A stretch of 64,000 bases of DNA, taken from contig OZ244744.1 in NCBI GenBank assembly GCA_965219455.1, positions 672,001 through 736,000 on the forward strand. The letters are read 5' to 3'. Below, piece after piece: positions 48,374 through 58,468 of the stretch. Made by a program: the position numbers and the translations under genes. How positions within the stretch are numbered: position 1 is the stretch's first letter; each line of letters begins with the position of its first letter. The notes beneath the pieces are model-generated. The model did no database searches, was not told where the DNA came from, and saw nothing but the letters and a program-made list of their open reading frames with translations. The stretch comes from Candidatus Latescibacterota bacterium (GTDB lineage Bacteria; Latescibacterota; UBA2968; GCA-2709665).

Positions 48374-49564
48374 GTGACTGAATTGTCCAACCTGCACACC
48401 ACGCTGTGGGCCTACCCGTGGGACCTGGCCGACGGCGAGCCACAAGCCATCGCAACACGGCTCAGGGACGAAATCGGCCTGGACGGAATCAGCCTGGCCT
48501 CGGCGTACCACACCTTTGAAATGCTGCGCCCCCATTCACCGGACAAGGTGCTCCTCCAGATCCCGCAAGCCGCCGTCTATTTCCAGCCCGACGCGGTCCT
48601 GTATGCCGACACGCCCATACAGCCCCACGTCAGCCCGCTGATGGGCGACGACAATTGGTACGCGCATGCCGCCCGGGCCGCGGCCGGCGCCGGCCTGGAA
48701 CTCATCGCGTGGACGGTCTTTCTTCACAACTCCTACCAGGCCGGCCGCCATCCCGAATGCGCTGAAGTCACCTGCACCGGCGACGTCAGCACTTCCCGGC
48801 TCTGCCCGGCCAATCCGGGGGTCCGCGCCTTTGCCGCGGCGCTGGCCAAAGACCTGGCGACGAATTACGGAATCGCCCTCCTTGAATGCGAGTCCCTCTC
48901 TTACGGCGGATTCGGACATACCCACTACCACGTCAAACACGGCGTCGATCTGGGGCGGGGCGGCCGTATGCTACTCTCCCTCTGCTTCTGCGACGCCTGT
49001 CAAACGCAGGCGAAAGAGAAAGGCCTGGATCCGGGCGCCCTTTCACAGGCCGTGGAATCCAGGCTGCGCCAGACCCTGACATCGGGTATTGTCCCTGCGG
49101 AATCTCCCGAGGAGCTCATCGCCACGGTGCCGCAACTCGATCCATTCGTCCGGATGCGCGACGAGGGGGTCGCGAGCCTGCTGGAAGAGGTCAAGGCCGC
49201 CGCCGGGGTTCCTGTCTCTTTCATCTTTATGGGAGACCGGCACGGCGCTGGCATACACCGTTCACGCCTCGCGGAGATCGCGGATTATGCGGAAACGCTC
49301 GCCTATACACCCGACGCCGACCGCATTCAAGCGACCATCTCCGACATTGTACCCGACCTGAAGAACCCGCAGCAACTCGTGGTCGGCCTTCAGGCCTACC
49401 CTCCCGCTTCCCCGGACGTCGAGACACTCGGGGCAGGCGTCGAGCGCGCGCTGGGCCTGGGCATCCGTCGCTTTTCGTTCTACAATTACGGCATTATGCC
49501 GGAAGCCAATCTGGCCTGGATCAGACAGTGTATCGGCGATGCCCGCCGTGCGTGCGCTTCGTGA
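48374..49564 (+). CDS. Hypothetical TIM-barrel (glycoside-hydrolase-like) protein; start uncertain
   Basis: WAYPWD, ASAYH, AWTVFLHN, LCPANP, CFCDAC, FYNYG; GTGA overlap with the next gene. Confidence 0.6.
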   Translation: MTELSNLHTTLWAYPWDLADGEPQAIATRLRDEIGLDGISLASAYHTFEMLRPHSPDKVLLQIPQAAVYFQPDAVLYADTPIQPHVSPLMGDDNWYAHAARAAAGAGLELIAWTVFLHNSYQAGRHPECAEVTCTGDVSTSRLCPANPGVRAFAAALAKDLATNYGIALLECESLSYGGFGHTHYHVKHGVDLGRGGRMLLSLCFCDACQTQAKEKGLDPGALSQAVESRLRQTLTSGIVPAESPEELIATVPQLDPFVRMRDEGVASLLEEVKAAAGVPVSFIFMGDRHGAGIHRSRLAEIADYAETLAYTPDADRIQATISDIVPDLKNPQQLVVGLQAYPPASPDVETLGAGVERALGLGIRRFSFYNYGIMPEANLAWIRQCIGDARRACAS

Positions 49565-50661
49565 CGGTCGCAATGGAAACGCTGGCATTCGCCTCATCTC
49601 TCCTTTGCCTGGTCTATGTAATCGTCGCGGGCGCCATCCGCAGCGGCCTGGGTCAATTGTCGGCGGGCCGGAACGCCGAAAGCCCCGACGTCACGGTCGT
49701 CGTTCCGGCCCGCAACGAAGCGCATCACATCGAAGCGTGCCTCGCGGCCCTTGCCGAACAGACCTATCCGGGCGAACACACCGAAGTCATCGTCGTCGAC
49801 GACCGGTCAACCGACGACACGGCCTGCCGGGCGCTTGCGTGGACGCATCGGGTCCCCGGTCTCAAAGTCGTGCGCGCAGCCGGCGGGCCGTTCGCCTGCG
49901 CGAAAAAAAACGCCCTGCACCTGGGCATCCACTCCGGCGCCGGTGAAATCATCCTCACCACCGATGCCGACTGCATCCCCTCCCCAGACTGGATCACTTC
50001 CACCGTCCGCGCCTTCGATCCTGATGTCGGCATGGTCGCCGGGTACGCGCCTCTGATCCCGCAAAGTGGGCTCCTATCCCGACTGCTTGCCCTGCAGAGC
50101 CTTGTGGTTTCCGCACTTGCAGCAGGCAGCATGGGTCTGGGTTTTCCGCTGACCTGTTCCGGGCGGAATCTGGCCTACCGCAGGTCGGCCTTCCTCGATG
50201 CCGGCGGTTTCGAACCCATCGGTCATATCCGCGGCGGGGACGACGTCCTGCTGATGCGGCGCATCGCCTCCGGGACCGCCTGGCGCATTCGATTCAATCC
50301 GTACGCCAGCGTGGGTTCATACCCGCACACCGACGGCCTTTACCGCCGCCAGACGCGCTACCAGTCCAAAACCGTTTACTACGGAAATTCGGTCTTGCCT
50401 GTCGCTTTAAGTATATATATATTCCACTTGATTCTTGCCGCCGGGCCCCTTCTGGCCTGGCAGCAGCCGGCGTTCCGGTTCTCCTTCGGCCTGATGGCCA
50501 CGGCAAAAATACTCGCCGACTGGCTGCTTCTGTACGGAGCGGCCCGCCTTTTCAACGCACGCCAACTCCTGAAACTGTTTCCAATCCTGGAATTGCTCGC
50601 CGTGCCCTATATCGTCGTATTCTGCGCCGTGGGCGCGCTGACCCCCTCCCGCTGGAAATAA
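49561..50661 (+). CDS. Glycosyltransferase family 2, membrane-bound
   Basis: VVVPARNE, VDDRSTD, TTDAD, GGDDV, RQTRY; flanking TM helices. Confidence 0.9.
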   Translation: MTVAMETLAFASSLLCLVYVIVAGAIRSGLGQLSAGRNAESPDVTVVVPARNEAHHIEACLAALAEQTYPGEHTEVIVVDDRSTDDTACRALAWTHRVPGLKVVRAAGGPFACAKKNALHLGIHSGAGEIILTTDADCIPSPDWITSTVRAFDPDVGMVAGYAPLIPQSGLLSRLLALQSLVVSALAAGSMGLGFPLTCSGRNLAYRRSAFLDAGGFEPIGHIRGGDDVLLMRRIASGTAWRIRFNPYASVGSYPHTDGLYRRQTRYQSKTVYYGNSVLPVALSIYIFHLILAAGPLLAWQQPAFRFSFGLMATAKILADWLLLYGAARLFNARQLLKLFPILELLAVPYIVVFCAVGALTPSRWK

Positions 50662-50664
50662 ACA

Positions 50665-51723
50665 ATGCTCTCACTCAGGTTACTGCCTAAAACGGTGGCG
50701 CGTTACCACCGGTCTCTCACGTTCCGGCGGGTCTGGAACGTGGCCAAAGTGGTTACCTCCTACATCCTCTCCCGCCTTGCCAAACGCGATATCCGCATGG
50801 GCCGTCCCTTCATCCTGATGCTGGAGCCCACCAACCTCTGCAATCTCAAATGTCCGCTTTGTCCATCGGGCAACGGGGGGTTGACCAGGCCGCGCGGGAC
50901 CATGGAATACGAAGCCTTCAAGCGGATCTTTGAGGAACAGGCGAAAGACCTCCTGCTCCTGATGCTGTGGAACCAGGGCGAACCCTTTATCAACAAGCGG
51001 CTGACCGACATGATCCGCCTTGCCAGGGCGCACAATGTCCCCACCATCACCAGCACCAACGTCCACTACATCCGAAGCCGAAGCGATGCCGAAGATATCG
51101 TCACTTCCGGTCTGGACGAAATCGTGGTCTCCCTGGACGGGGTGACCCCGGAATCCTACGTCAAATACCGCGTCGGGGGCAACTTCGACCGGGTCCTTGA
51201 TGGAATCCGCCTTCTCAGCGCGGCGAAGAAAACCCTCAATGCGGACCATCCCGTCATCCACCTGCAGTTTATCATTTTCAAACACAACGAGACCGAAATC
51301 GACGCCGCCCGGAACCTCGCGCGGGAACTGGGCGTGGACCGGCTTTCGCTTAAAACGGCCCAGGTCTATACCGATGACGAAGCGGAAGCGTACCTTCCTG
51401 AAGACGAATCCTACAGCCGCTACCGTTACGATGCGGACCAACTTACCATGAACGGCAAGATTACCAATTCCTGCAGGCACCTCTGGTACAGTACAGTCGT
51501 CAACTGGGATGGGGCCGTGTCACCGTGTTGTTTCGACAAAGACGTGCATTACGGCCTGGGGAATACACTTGAAAGCCCGGACTTTGACGGCATCTGGTCG
51601 GGCGAGGCGTATACCGGCTTCAGAAACGCCATCCTCAAGGACCGGTCAGCGGTACCCATATGCAACAACTGTTCAGAAGGCATCAAGGGCATGTTTTACG
51701 ATATCGAAGAGGTGAAACATTAG
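50665..51723 (+). CDS. Radical SAM/SPASM domain protein
   Basis: CNLKCPLC (CX3CX2C), QGEP, C-terminal C...PCC...CNNC. Confidence 0.92.
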   Translation: MLSLRLLPKTVARYHRSLTFRRVWNVAKVVTSYILSRLAKRDIRMGRPFILMLEPTNLCNLKCPLCPSGNGGLTRPRGTMEYEAFKRIFEEQAKDLLLLMLWNQGEPFINKRLTDMIRLARAHNVPTITSTNVHYIRSRSDAEDIVTSGLDEIVVSLDGVTPESYVKYRVGGNFDRVLDGIRLLSAAKKTLNADHPVIHLQFIIFKHNETEIDAARNLARELGVDRLSLKTAQVYTDDEAEAYLPEDESYSRYRYDADQLTMNGKITNSCRHLWYSTVVNWDGAVSPCCFDKDVHYGLGNTLESPDFDGIWSGEAYTGFRNAILKDRSAVPICNNCSEGIKGMFYDIEEVKH

Positions 51724-51867
51724 AAAGGGCACCCCGCCGCGGGATTGGAGTCCGAATCCCGGCACTCCGCGTGCCTCGCATCCGCCCACTGCCGCCGTCC
51801 TGACCCCCAAGCGCTTTCCGACGTTTCTCGTCGTTCAGTTTCCAACCGCTTCCGACCCCGGATATCC

Positions 51868-53124
51868 GTGTTGACCTCCCTGATCGATGCGTTCCTGCTG
51901 ATTTCAACGGCAATCTACAGCGGCGGCGCCGTGGCGTTTCTGATGGGGCTGCGTCGAAAGAGCCGCCCCGCTCACACCCACTCGCGGCCGTTAGTCTCGG
52001 TTGTGGTTGCGGCGAGGAACGAAGCGGACTATATCGCCGATTGCCTCACGGGGTTGACGAAACAGACCTATCCGGCCGACCGATACGAAGTCCTGGTCGT
52101 CGACGACGGTTCCACGGACCAGACGCCGCTTATCTCGGCCCGATTTGCCGCCGGGCATTCCCAGGTCCGAAGCATTGAAGTCACGGACGCCTTTCAGCAC
52201 ATGGCCGCAAAAAAACGGCCCCTTTCCGAGGGTATCCGGGCCGCGCGAGGCGGCATCATTCTAACCACCGACGCGGACTGCGCCGTGCCTGCCACCTGGA
52301 TTGCCGGCATGGTCTCGCAACTGGAGACTGGCGCGGACGTCGTCATCGGGTTTTCGCAGGTCAAGACCGCCCGGGACCGGCTGACGCCGGTGGAACGGTT
52401 GCAGGCATTCGACTTTCTCGCCCTCATGTCCGCTTCGGCCGGCGCCGCCAACCTGGCAATGCCGCTGGCCGCGACCGGCCAGAATCTGGGCTACCGGAAG
52501 GCGCTTTTCGATCGGGTTAACGGATTCGAGAAGATCGCCCGTCGCCCGTCCGGCGACGACGTACTCCTGCTTCAGTTGTTTCGCCGGGCCGGCGCGAAGG
52601 TCGTATTTGCAGACCATCCCGACACCTTCGTCAGCACACGGCGCGCCGAATCCATGGCCGGTTTCTGGACCCAGCGGCGCCGATGGGCGTCGAACGCCCG
52701 AAACATGGTGACGCTCAATCCCGTCTTCTTCGTCTATCTCGCGAACGTCTTTCTGCTCAACCTTCTCATACCCGCCGGTTTGATCCTGGGTGCGGGTCAA
52801 GGAGCCTGGGGCCTGCCGCTGGCATGTTTGGCAGTCAAGGCGCTGGCGGACCTGGGCGTGGTTTGGAAAGGCGCCCGCCTCTTCGGCCGGACCGACCTCC
52901 TCCCGGTGTTGCCTGCGTGGGAACTTCTGCAGATTCCATACGCGGTTCTGGTGGGGTTGTTCGGAACGTTCGGGAGTTTCGTCTGGAAAGACAGAACCCA
53001 CCGGGCGCGCCAGGTGGGAACATTGAAGGACGGCTTCTTTTCCAAATCGGAATTTCGTGTCCGGCGAGAGGCTGACGTCGGTCTCCCGGACAGGCCGGTG
53101 AAGACGCGCCAGGCGCGTACGTAA
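51868..53124 (+). CDS. Glycosyltransferase family 2, membrane-bound
   Basis: VVVAARNE, VDDGSTD, TTDAD, SGDDV, QRRRW. Confidence 0.9.
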   Translation: MLTSLIDAFLLISTAIYSGGAVAFLMGLRRKSRPAHTHSRPLVSVVVAARNEADYIADCLTGLTKQTYPADRYEVLVVDDGSTDQTPLISARFAAGHSQVRSIEVTDAFQHMAAKKRPLSEGIRAARGGIILTTDADCAVPATWIAGMVSQLETGADVVIGFSQVKTARDRLTPVERLQAFDFLALMSASAGAANLAMPLAATGQNLGYRKALFDRVNGFEKIARRPSGDDVLLLQLFRRAGAKVVFADHPDTFVSTRRAESMAGFWTQRRRWASNARNMVTLNPVFFVYLANVFLLNLLIPAGLILGAGQGAWGLPLACLAVKALADLGVVWKGARLFGRTDLLPVLPAWELLQIPYAVLVGLFGTFGSFVWKDRTHRARQVGTLKDGFFSKSEFRVRREADVGLPDRPVKTRQART

Positions 53125-53207
53125 GCCGGGCATCCCACGCATTCGAAACTATCGGGTGCTTCCCGAGGCACCGGTCTCCGGTGAGCCCGAACCCCGACTT
53201 CTGCATT

Positions 53208-54359
53208 ATGGATTCTTTCACACACCCGCGCCGATGGGTACTCACGCTCCTCAGTCTCGCGCTCTGCGCGGGCGCCGCATGCGCCCAGCGCCCCCGAGCA
53301 AGGGATCTCGGTATCCGCATCGGCACGCTCCCGCCGGGCCCATATAACGCCATTACGGACGTCTCCGGCGTCAATGTGGGCCACGTCACCCTAATTAGCG
53401 GCGAGGGGAAACTGGTTGTCGGAAAGGGCCCGGTCCGCACCGGTGTCACCGCCGTAGTGCCCCACCCCGACGACGTCTATCTGAACCAGGTCTTCGCCGC
53501 GGCCGAAGCGCTCAACGGAAACGGCGAGATGACCGGCATGGAGTGGATCAACGAACGGGGTCTGCTGGAGGTGCCGGTGATCCTCACCAACACCCTCAGC
53601 GTCGGCGAGGCGTACAACGGGGCTGTCGCCTACATGCTCAGACAGGACGTGGGACGGGTGCCGCTGCCCGTTGTGGCCGAATGTTACGACGGCGGCCTCA
53701 ACGATATCGCGGGCCGCCACGTAAAAGAGGAACATGTCATCCGGGCGATCGAATCCGCAACGGACGGCCCGGTTGCCGAAGGATCGGTGGGCGCGGGCAC
53801 GGGGATGCGGGCTTACGGCTTCAAGGCCGGCGTGGGCACGGCGTCACGTGTACTTTCCAGCGCGCAGGGCGCCTACACCCTTGGCGTGCTTGTTGTTGCA
53901 AACTGCGGCCGGCGTCCCAACCTGGTCATCGACGGGGTTCCCGTGGGCAGGCATCTGCCAGTTGCGCCCCGTCCGCCTGCCCGCGATGGCTCTATCGTCA
54001 TTCTGGTCGCCACGGACGCGCCGCTGATCCCCATTCAGCTTCGCCGGCTCTGCAAACGGTCCGCGCTCGGGGTGAGCCGCACCGGCACCTTCTCGAGAAC
54101 CAGCAGCGGCGACCTGGTTCTCGCATTCTCCACCGCCCGCCGCATCCCCCGGGACGCGTCGATGGTGGATACGGTTCAAACACTGCGTGACCACCGCCTG
54201 AACCCGCTCCTGCAGGCCACCGTCGAGGCCACCGAGGAAGCCATCGTCAACGCGCTGTGCGCCGCGGACACGATGACGGGCCGGGACAACAGGACCCTAC
54301 CGGGCCTGCCCCTGGACCGGCTTGTCGACATAATGAAACAACACAACCGCATCGAGTGA
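53208..54359 (+). CDS. P1/S58 (DmpA-like) aminopeptidase, secreted
   Basis: NAITDVSGV.VGH, RTGVT, NGNGEMTG, EGSVGAGTG, DGSIV autoproteolysis site, ATDAPL. Confidence 0.9.
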   Translation: MDSFTHPRRWVLTLLSLALCAGAACAQRPRARDLGIRIGTLPPGPYNAITDVSGVNVGHVTLISGEGKLVVGKGPVRTGVTAVVPHPDDVYLNQVFAAAEALNGNGEMTGMEWINERGLLEVPVILTNTLSVGEAYNGAVAYMLRQDVGRVPLPVVAECYDGGLNDIAGRHVKEEHVIRAIESATDGPVAEGSVGAGTGMRAYGFKAGVGTASRVLSSAQGAYTLGVLVVANCGRRPNLVIDGVPVGRHLPVAPRPPARDGSIVILVATDAPLIPIQLRRLCKRSALGVSRTGTFSRTSSGDLVLAFSTARRIPRDASMVDTVQTLRDHRLNPLLQATVEATEEAIVNALCAADTMTGRDNRTLPGLPLDRLVDIMKQHNRIE

Positions 54360-54418
54360 ATCGGGTGGCTCACACAACGCCTTCGCCCGGTCTCTGAATC
54401 CTTATTCCAGGTTTCGCA

Positions 54419-55873
54419 ATGCCCAACCTTTCCATCATCCTCGGTCTCTCGGCCTACATCCTGCTAACCCTTGGGGTCGGGCTTTACGCCGGTCGGCGGG
54501 TAAAGGGCTCGGCCGACTTCATCGTTGCCGGCCGGAGGCTGGGCATCTTGCTGGCCACCGGCACCTTGGCGGCCACCTGGTTCGGGGGCGGCATCGTCAT
54601 CGGTGCCGCAAGCGAGGCTTACAAAAAGGGTTTTCTGGGCGTTATCGCCGATCCGTTCGGCGCCGCCCTGTGTCTTTTTCTCGCGGGGCTTTTTTACGTC
54701 AGGGTCATGCGCCGGATGGGCCTGACGACCATCGCAGGCTTTTTTGAAAGTCGCTTCGGGCGATCGGCGGGTGCGGTGGCGGCTCTGTGTACCATTCCCG
54801 CGTATCTCGGATGGGTGGCGTCCCTCATGGTCGCCTTCGGCCGGGTCATCCAATCGCTCACCGGTCTTGACCCAACCCTGGGCATCTGTATCGGCGCCGC
54901 GATCGTACTCGTCTACACCACCGCGGGTGGCATGTGGGCCGTCACGCTCACGGACTTCATCCAGGTTGCCGTTTTGACGGTGGGTCTACTGGTCATCACG
55001 CCGCTGCTGCTGAACGACATGGGCGGATGGTCGGCCATCAGCGCCCGGCTCCCTGAAGACCGGTTTTACCTCTATCCCCGGAACGCCGGTCCGCCCGGCT
55101 GGTTCGCCTACGCCCGGGACTGGCTGGTCATCGGCCTGGGCAATCTGGCGGGGCAGGATCTGGTCCAGCGCAGCCTAGCGAGCAAGAATGAATCCGTCGC
55201 CCAGAACAGCGCCTACCTTGCCGGCACGCTCTACCTCACCGTCGGGCTGCTTCCGGTCTTTCTCGGCATCGCCGGAACCCTCATCTTTCCCGACCTTGGC
55301 GATCCGGACATGATCATGATGCGCCTGGGCATGAAATATCTCTCGCCTCTGGCAATGGCCGTCTTTCTCGGCGCGCTCGTTTCCGCACTGATGAGCAGCG
55401 CGGACAGCGCACTGCTCGCTCCGGCCAGCGTTATCGGATGGGACCTGGTCCGTTACGTCCGCCCGGACGCCGACGAACGGTTCGTCCTCCGGATCTGCCG
55501 CATCAGCGTACCGATTCTCGGCCTGATATCCGTCTACCTCGCACTGGCGCACAATACGGTCTATTCGCTGATGGTGAATTCATGGTCGATCCTGCTGGCC
55601 ACCCTCTTTGTGCCGCTCACCGCGGGCATCTGGTGGTCTCGAGCCAATCTGCCCGGCGCGCTTGCGGCCATGGTTTCGGGCTTCATCGCGTGGATCTGCC
55701 TCATCTATCTCACGCCGGATCTACCGGCAGACCTGCTGGCCGTACCGGTCGCTCTGCTCTTTCTGGTCGTTCTCAGCCTGAAAACGAAACACTCGTTTCC
55801 CTCGAGACCGCTCGCGGATACCGCCGGACACCCCGTTCCGCTCGAGAACCGCCTTGGCCTCAGACGCCGGTAA
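54419..55873 (+). CDS. Sodium:solute symporter family protein
   Basis: DFIVAGR, ATWFGGG, GGMWAVTLTDFIQ, SALMSSADS; about 13 TM. Confidence 0.92.
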   Translation: MPNLSIILGLSAYILLTLGVGLYAGRRVKGSADFIVAGRRLGILLATGTLAATWFGGGIVIGAASEAYKKGFLGVIADPFGAALCLFLAGLFYVRVMRRMGLTTIAGFFESRFGRSAGAVAALCTIPAYLGWVASLMVAFGRVIQSLTGLDPTLGICIGAAIVLVYTTAGGMWAVTLTDFIQVAVLTVGLLVITPLLLNDMGGWSAISARLPEDRFYLYPRNAGPPGWFAYARDWLVIGLGNLAGQDLVQRSLASKNESVAQNSAYLAGTLYLTVGLLPVFLGIAGTLIFPDLGDPDMIMMRLGMKYLSPLAMAVFLGALVSALMSSADSALLAPASVIGWDLVRYVRPDADERFVLRICRISVPILGLISVYLALAHNTVYSLMVNSWSILLATLFVPLTAGIWWSRANLPGALAAMVSGFIAWICLIYLTPDLPADLLAVPVALLFLVVLSLKTKHSFPSRPLADTAGHPVPLENRLGLRRR

Positions 55874-55876
55874 CAG

Positions 55877-56653
55877 CTACGACCGTCGCCCGTCGCGGTC
55901 CTGCACCCGCGTGACGAGACCCGCGAAGAAACCCGCGCCGAATCCGTTGTCAATGTTCACAACCACCACGCCTGGCGCGCAGGAATTCAACGTCCCCAGC
56001 AGCGCGGCCAGTCCACCGAAACTGGCGCCGTAACCCACGCTGGTCGGCACCGCAATCACCGGGACATCCACCAACCCGCCCACCACCGAAGGCAGCGCGC
56101 CCTCCATTCCCGCCACCACCACAATCGCCGCAGCCTGGTCGATCTGTTCACGATGGGCGAACAACCGGTGAATCCCCGCCACACCCACGTCGTACAGCTT
56201 CCCAACCCGACTTCCCATCGCCTCCGCTGTTACCACGGCCTCTTCGGCAACCGGCAAATCGGATGTTCCCGCTGAAATGACCAGGATCTCTCCAGCCGTC
56301 GCGATACTGCCCAAATCGCTTCCGCGTATCAATAACGTCCGCGCCACCGGGTTGTAGTCCACGCCGCGCAAGGCCGAACGCACGGCGTCAGCCTGGGCTC
56401 CGTCGGCCCGCGTTGCCAGAAGCGTGGATCCCGCGTCCGAAATGCGGCGCGCGATTTCCACCACCTGTTCCGTGGTCTTGCCCTGGCAGAAGATCACCTC
56501 GGGGAAACCCTGCCGCAAAGCCCGATGATGATCCACGTGCGCGAACCCCAGATCTTCAAACGGCAGCTTCTTCAGACGTTCCATCGCAGTGTCGACATCC
56601 AGTTTGCTTTCGCGAACCGCCTCCAGCACATGCCGGATCTGCTCAGGCGTCAC
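55877..56653 (-). CDS. larB: Nickel-pincer cofactor biosynthesis protein LarB
   Basis: DHHRALRQGFPEVIFCQGK, AGTSDLPVAEEA, DVGVAGIHRL, AGMEGALPS, VPTSVGYG, VVNIDNGFGA. Confidence 0.92.
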   Translation of the reverse strand: MTPEQIRHVLEAVRESKLDVDTAMERLKKLPFEDLGFAHVDHHRALRQGFPEVIFCQGKTTEQVVEIARRISDAGSTLLATRADGAQADAVRSALRGVDYNPVARTLLIRGSDLGSIATAGEILVISAGTSDLPVAEEAVVTAEAMGSRVGKLYDVGVAGIHRLFAHREQIDQAAAIVVVAGMEGALPSVVGGLVDVPVIAVPTSVGYGASFGGLAALLGTLNSCAPGVVVVNIDNGFGAGFFAGLVTRVQDRDGRRS

Positions 56654-57647
56654 CGGACACCTCCTCCGCCTTGCGACCAACGGCGTTCAATATGCCTTCG
56701 ACAGCCTCCGGGTCGTCCTCCGTCATCAGCGCGCGCCGGAACGCCGCAGCGCCATCGACGCCCTTGATATACGCGGCAAAATGCCTTCTCATCTCACGAA
56801 CCCCCGCGGGCAGCCCTTTGTTTTCCACCGAGAGGCGCAGGTGCCGGATGGCCATTCCCACGCGTTCGCGGGCCGACGGCGGCGCCAGCAGGTCGCCTGT
56901 CGCCAGAAAGTGCTCGATCCGTCCGAACAGCCATGGGTCTCCAATCGCCCATCGGCCCACCATGACCAGGTCACATCCCGTCTGTTCCATCATGTCCCGC
57001 GCGTCCAGCGGGTTCCTGACGTCGCCGTTGCCGATTACGGGAATCGAAACGGCTTCGGACACTTCGCGGATCACATCCCAATCCGCCTTACCCGAAAACC
57101 CCGCTTTTCGTGTCCGGCCGTGTACGGCGATCGCCGCGGCGCCCATGTCTTGCGCAAGGAGCGCAACTTCCGACGCCCTTGTACCGTCTTCCCAACCGCT
57201 GCGGATCTTCAGGGTAACGGGAATGGACACCGCCTGCGCCATCGCCGAAACGATCCTGCCCAGCCGCGACGGATCCTTCAGCAGGGCCGCGCCCGCACGC
57301 CGGTTTACGATCTTCTTCACGGGACAACCGCAATTGATATCCAGCATATCCGGATTGCGTTCGGCGGCCACGCGCGCGCCTTCGGCCATTTCGTCGGGTT
57401 CGGACCCGAATATCTGCACGGAAATAGGATGCTCGTCCGCCTCGAAATCCAGGTAACGGCTCGAGCGCTCGCTGCCGTCGGCCAGTCCGCGGGCGCTCAC
57501 CATTTCCGTTACTGCGAGACCCGCGCCCTGCTCCCGGCACAGCAACCTGAACGACCGATCCGTCACGCCAGCCAGCGGCGCGAGCACGGTCGACCCGGGG
57601 ATCGCCGTTTTGCCAACGTATACCATATCAGGGCTCCGCGTGTTCAT
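56643..57647 (-). CDS. dusB: tRNA-dihydrouridine synthase DusB
   Basis: LAPLAGVTD, TEMVS, QIFG, DINCGCP, KIRSGW, VHGRT, IGNGDV, MVGR. Confidence 0.92.
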   Translation of the reverse strand: MNTRSPDMVYVGKTAIPGSTVLAPLAGVTDRSFRLLCREQGAGLAVTEMVSARGLADGSERSSRYLDFEADEHPISVQIFGSEPDEMAEGARVAAERNPDMLDINCGCPVKKIVNRRAGAALLKDPSRLGRIVSAMAQAVSIPVTLKIRSGWEDGTRASEVALLAQDMGAAAIAVHGRTRKAGFSGKADWDVIREVSEAVSIPVIGNGDVRNPLDARDMMEQTGCDLVMVGRWAIGDPWLFGRIEHFLATGDLLAPPSARERVGMAIRHLRLSVENKGLPAGVREMRRHFAAYIKGVDGAAAFRRALMTEDDPEAVEGILNAVGRKAEEVSGDA

Positions 57648-58468
57648 TCCACGGATGCAATCAATCGTCTAACCTTCTCCGCCCCGACCCGGGCGACCTC
57701 TCGAGCGTCCTGCCGCCACAGGGTTTCATTGAACAACTCGAGAGATACAGGACCGGAGAAGCCTCGGGATGCCAGCATCCGCAGCATGTTTTCCAGGTTC
57801 AGAATCCCATCGCCGGGATACACCCGGTCTCCGTCCGTAAGCGTCTCCCTTCGGCGGTCGGTTCGAGGCGCATCGTCAATATGGAAAATCGCCACCTGCG
57901 CTCCCGGGACCTTCAGGATATCCTCGTCCCGCCCGCCGCCGCGATAGATATGAAACGCGTCCATCACAACCGTGGTTTCGGGATGATCCGCCAGGGCCAC
58001 GATCTCCATCAGCGTATCCACGTTATTCACGTGCGCGACAAAACCCAGGAACTCGAGAGCCGGCAGACACCCGACCTCTCCACCCAGTTCCATCAACCGG
58101 TAGAACCGGTCTGCCACCCGGTTCAGATCCACCTGCCCGCGAGCAGGCCCGGCGATGACGCGGGGCGCCCCGACGGCCACGCCCTGTTCCATCAGCCGCC
58201 GGGCTTCGCCGAGAAGCTCGGTTTCGAAAACCCGATCGGTCGCGTCCATCCACCCGGAAAAGTGAACCAAATCGGGCACGGCGAGATTGTAGTCATCGAG
58301 CACCTGTCTGAGCTCGGACAGCCTCCCGCCGCCCTGTTCCCACTCCGTCAGGTCTTCGTTCCACAACTCAACCGAGTCATAACCCGCTTCGCCCGCCGCC
58401 CGGATCTTCTCGATAATGGATGCGGGCCGAATCGTACTGGTATTGAAACACAATTCAAACCGGGCCAT
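57644..58468 (-). CDS. Sugar phosphate isomerase/epimerase (xylose isomerase-like TIM barrel)
   Basis: ALEF, DAFH, FHIDD, RVYPGDG, SLELF. Confidence 0.88.
   Translation of the reverse strand: MARFELCFNTSTIRPASIIEKIRAAGEAGYDSVELWNEDLTEWEQGGGRLSELRQVLDDYNLAVPDLVHFSGWMDATDRVFETELLGEARRLMEQGVAVGAPRVIAGPARGQVDLNRVADRFYRLMELGGEVGCLPALEFLGFVAHVNNVDTLMEIVALADHPETTVVMDAFHIYRGGGRDEDILKVPGAQVAIFHIDDAPRTDRRRETLTDGDRVYPGDGILNLENMLRMLASRGFSGPVSLELFNETLWRQDAREVARVGAEKVRRLIASVE

Noticed and set aside
48886-49560. N-terminal extension making the first GT2 591 aa
   Set aside because: It overlaps the preceding gene in another frame and is low-complexity Arg/Pro-rich; the true start is at the GTGA overlap (49561) or ATG 49573
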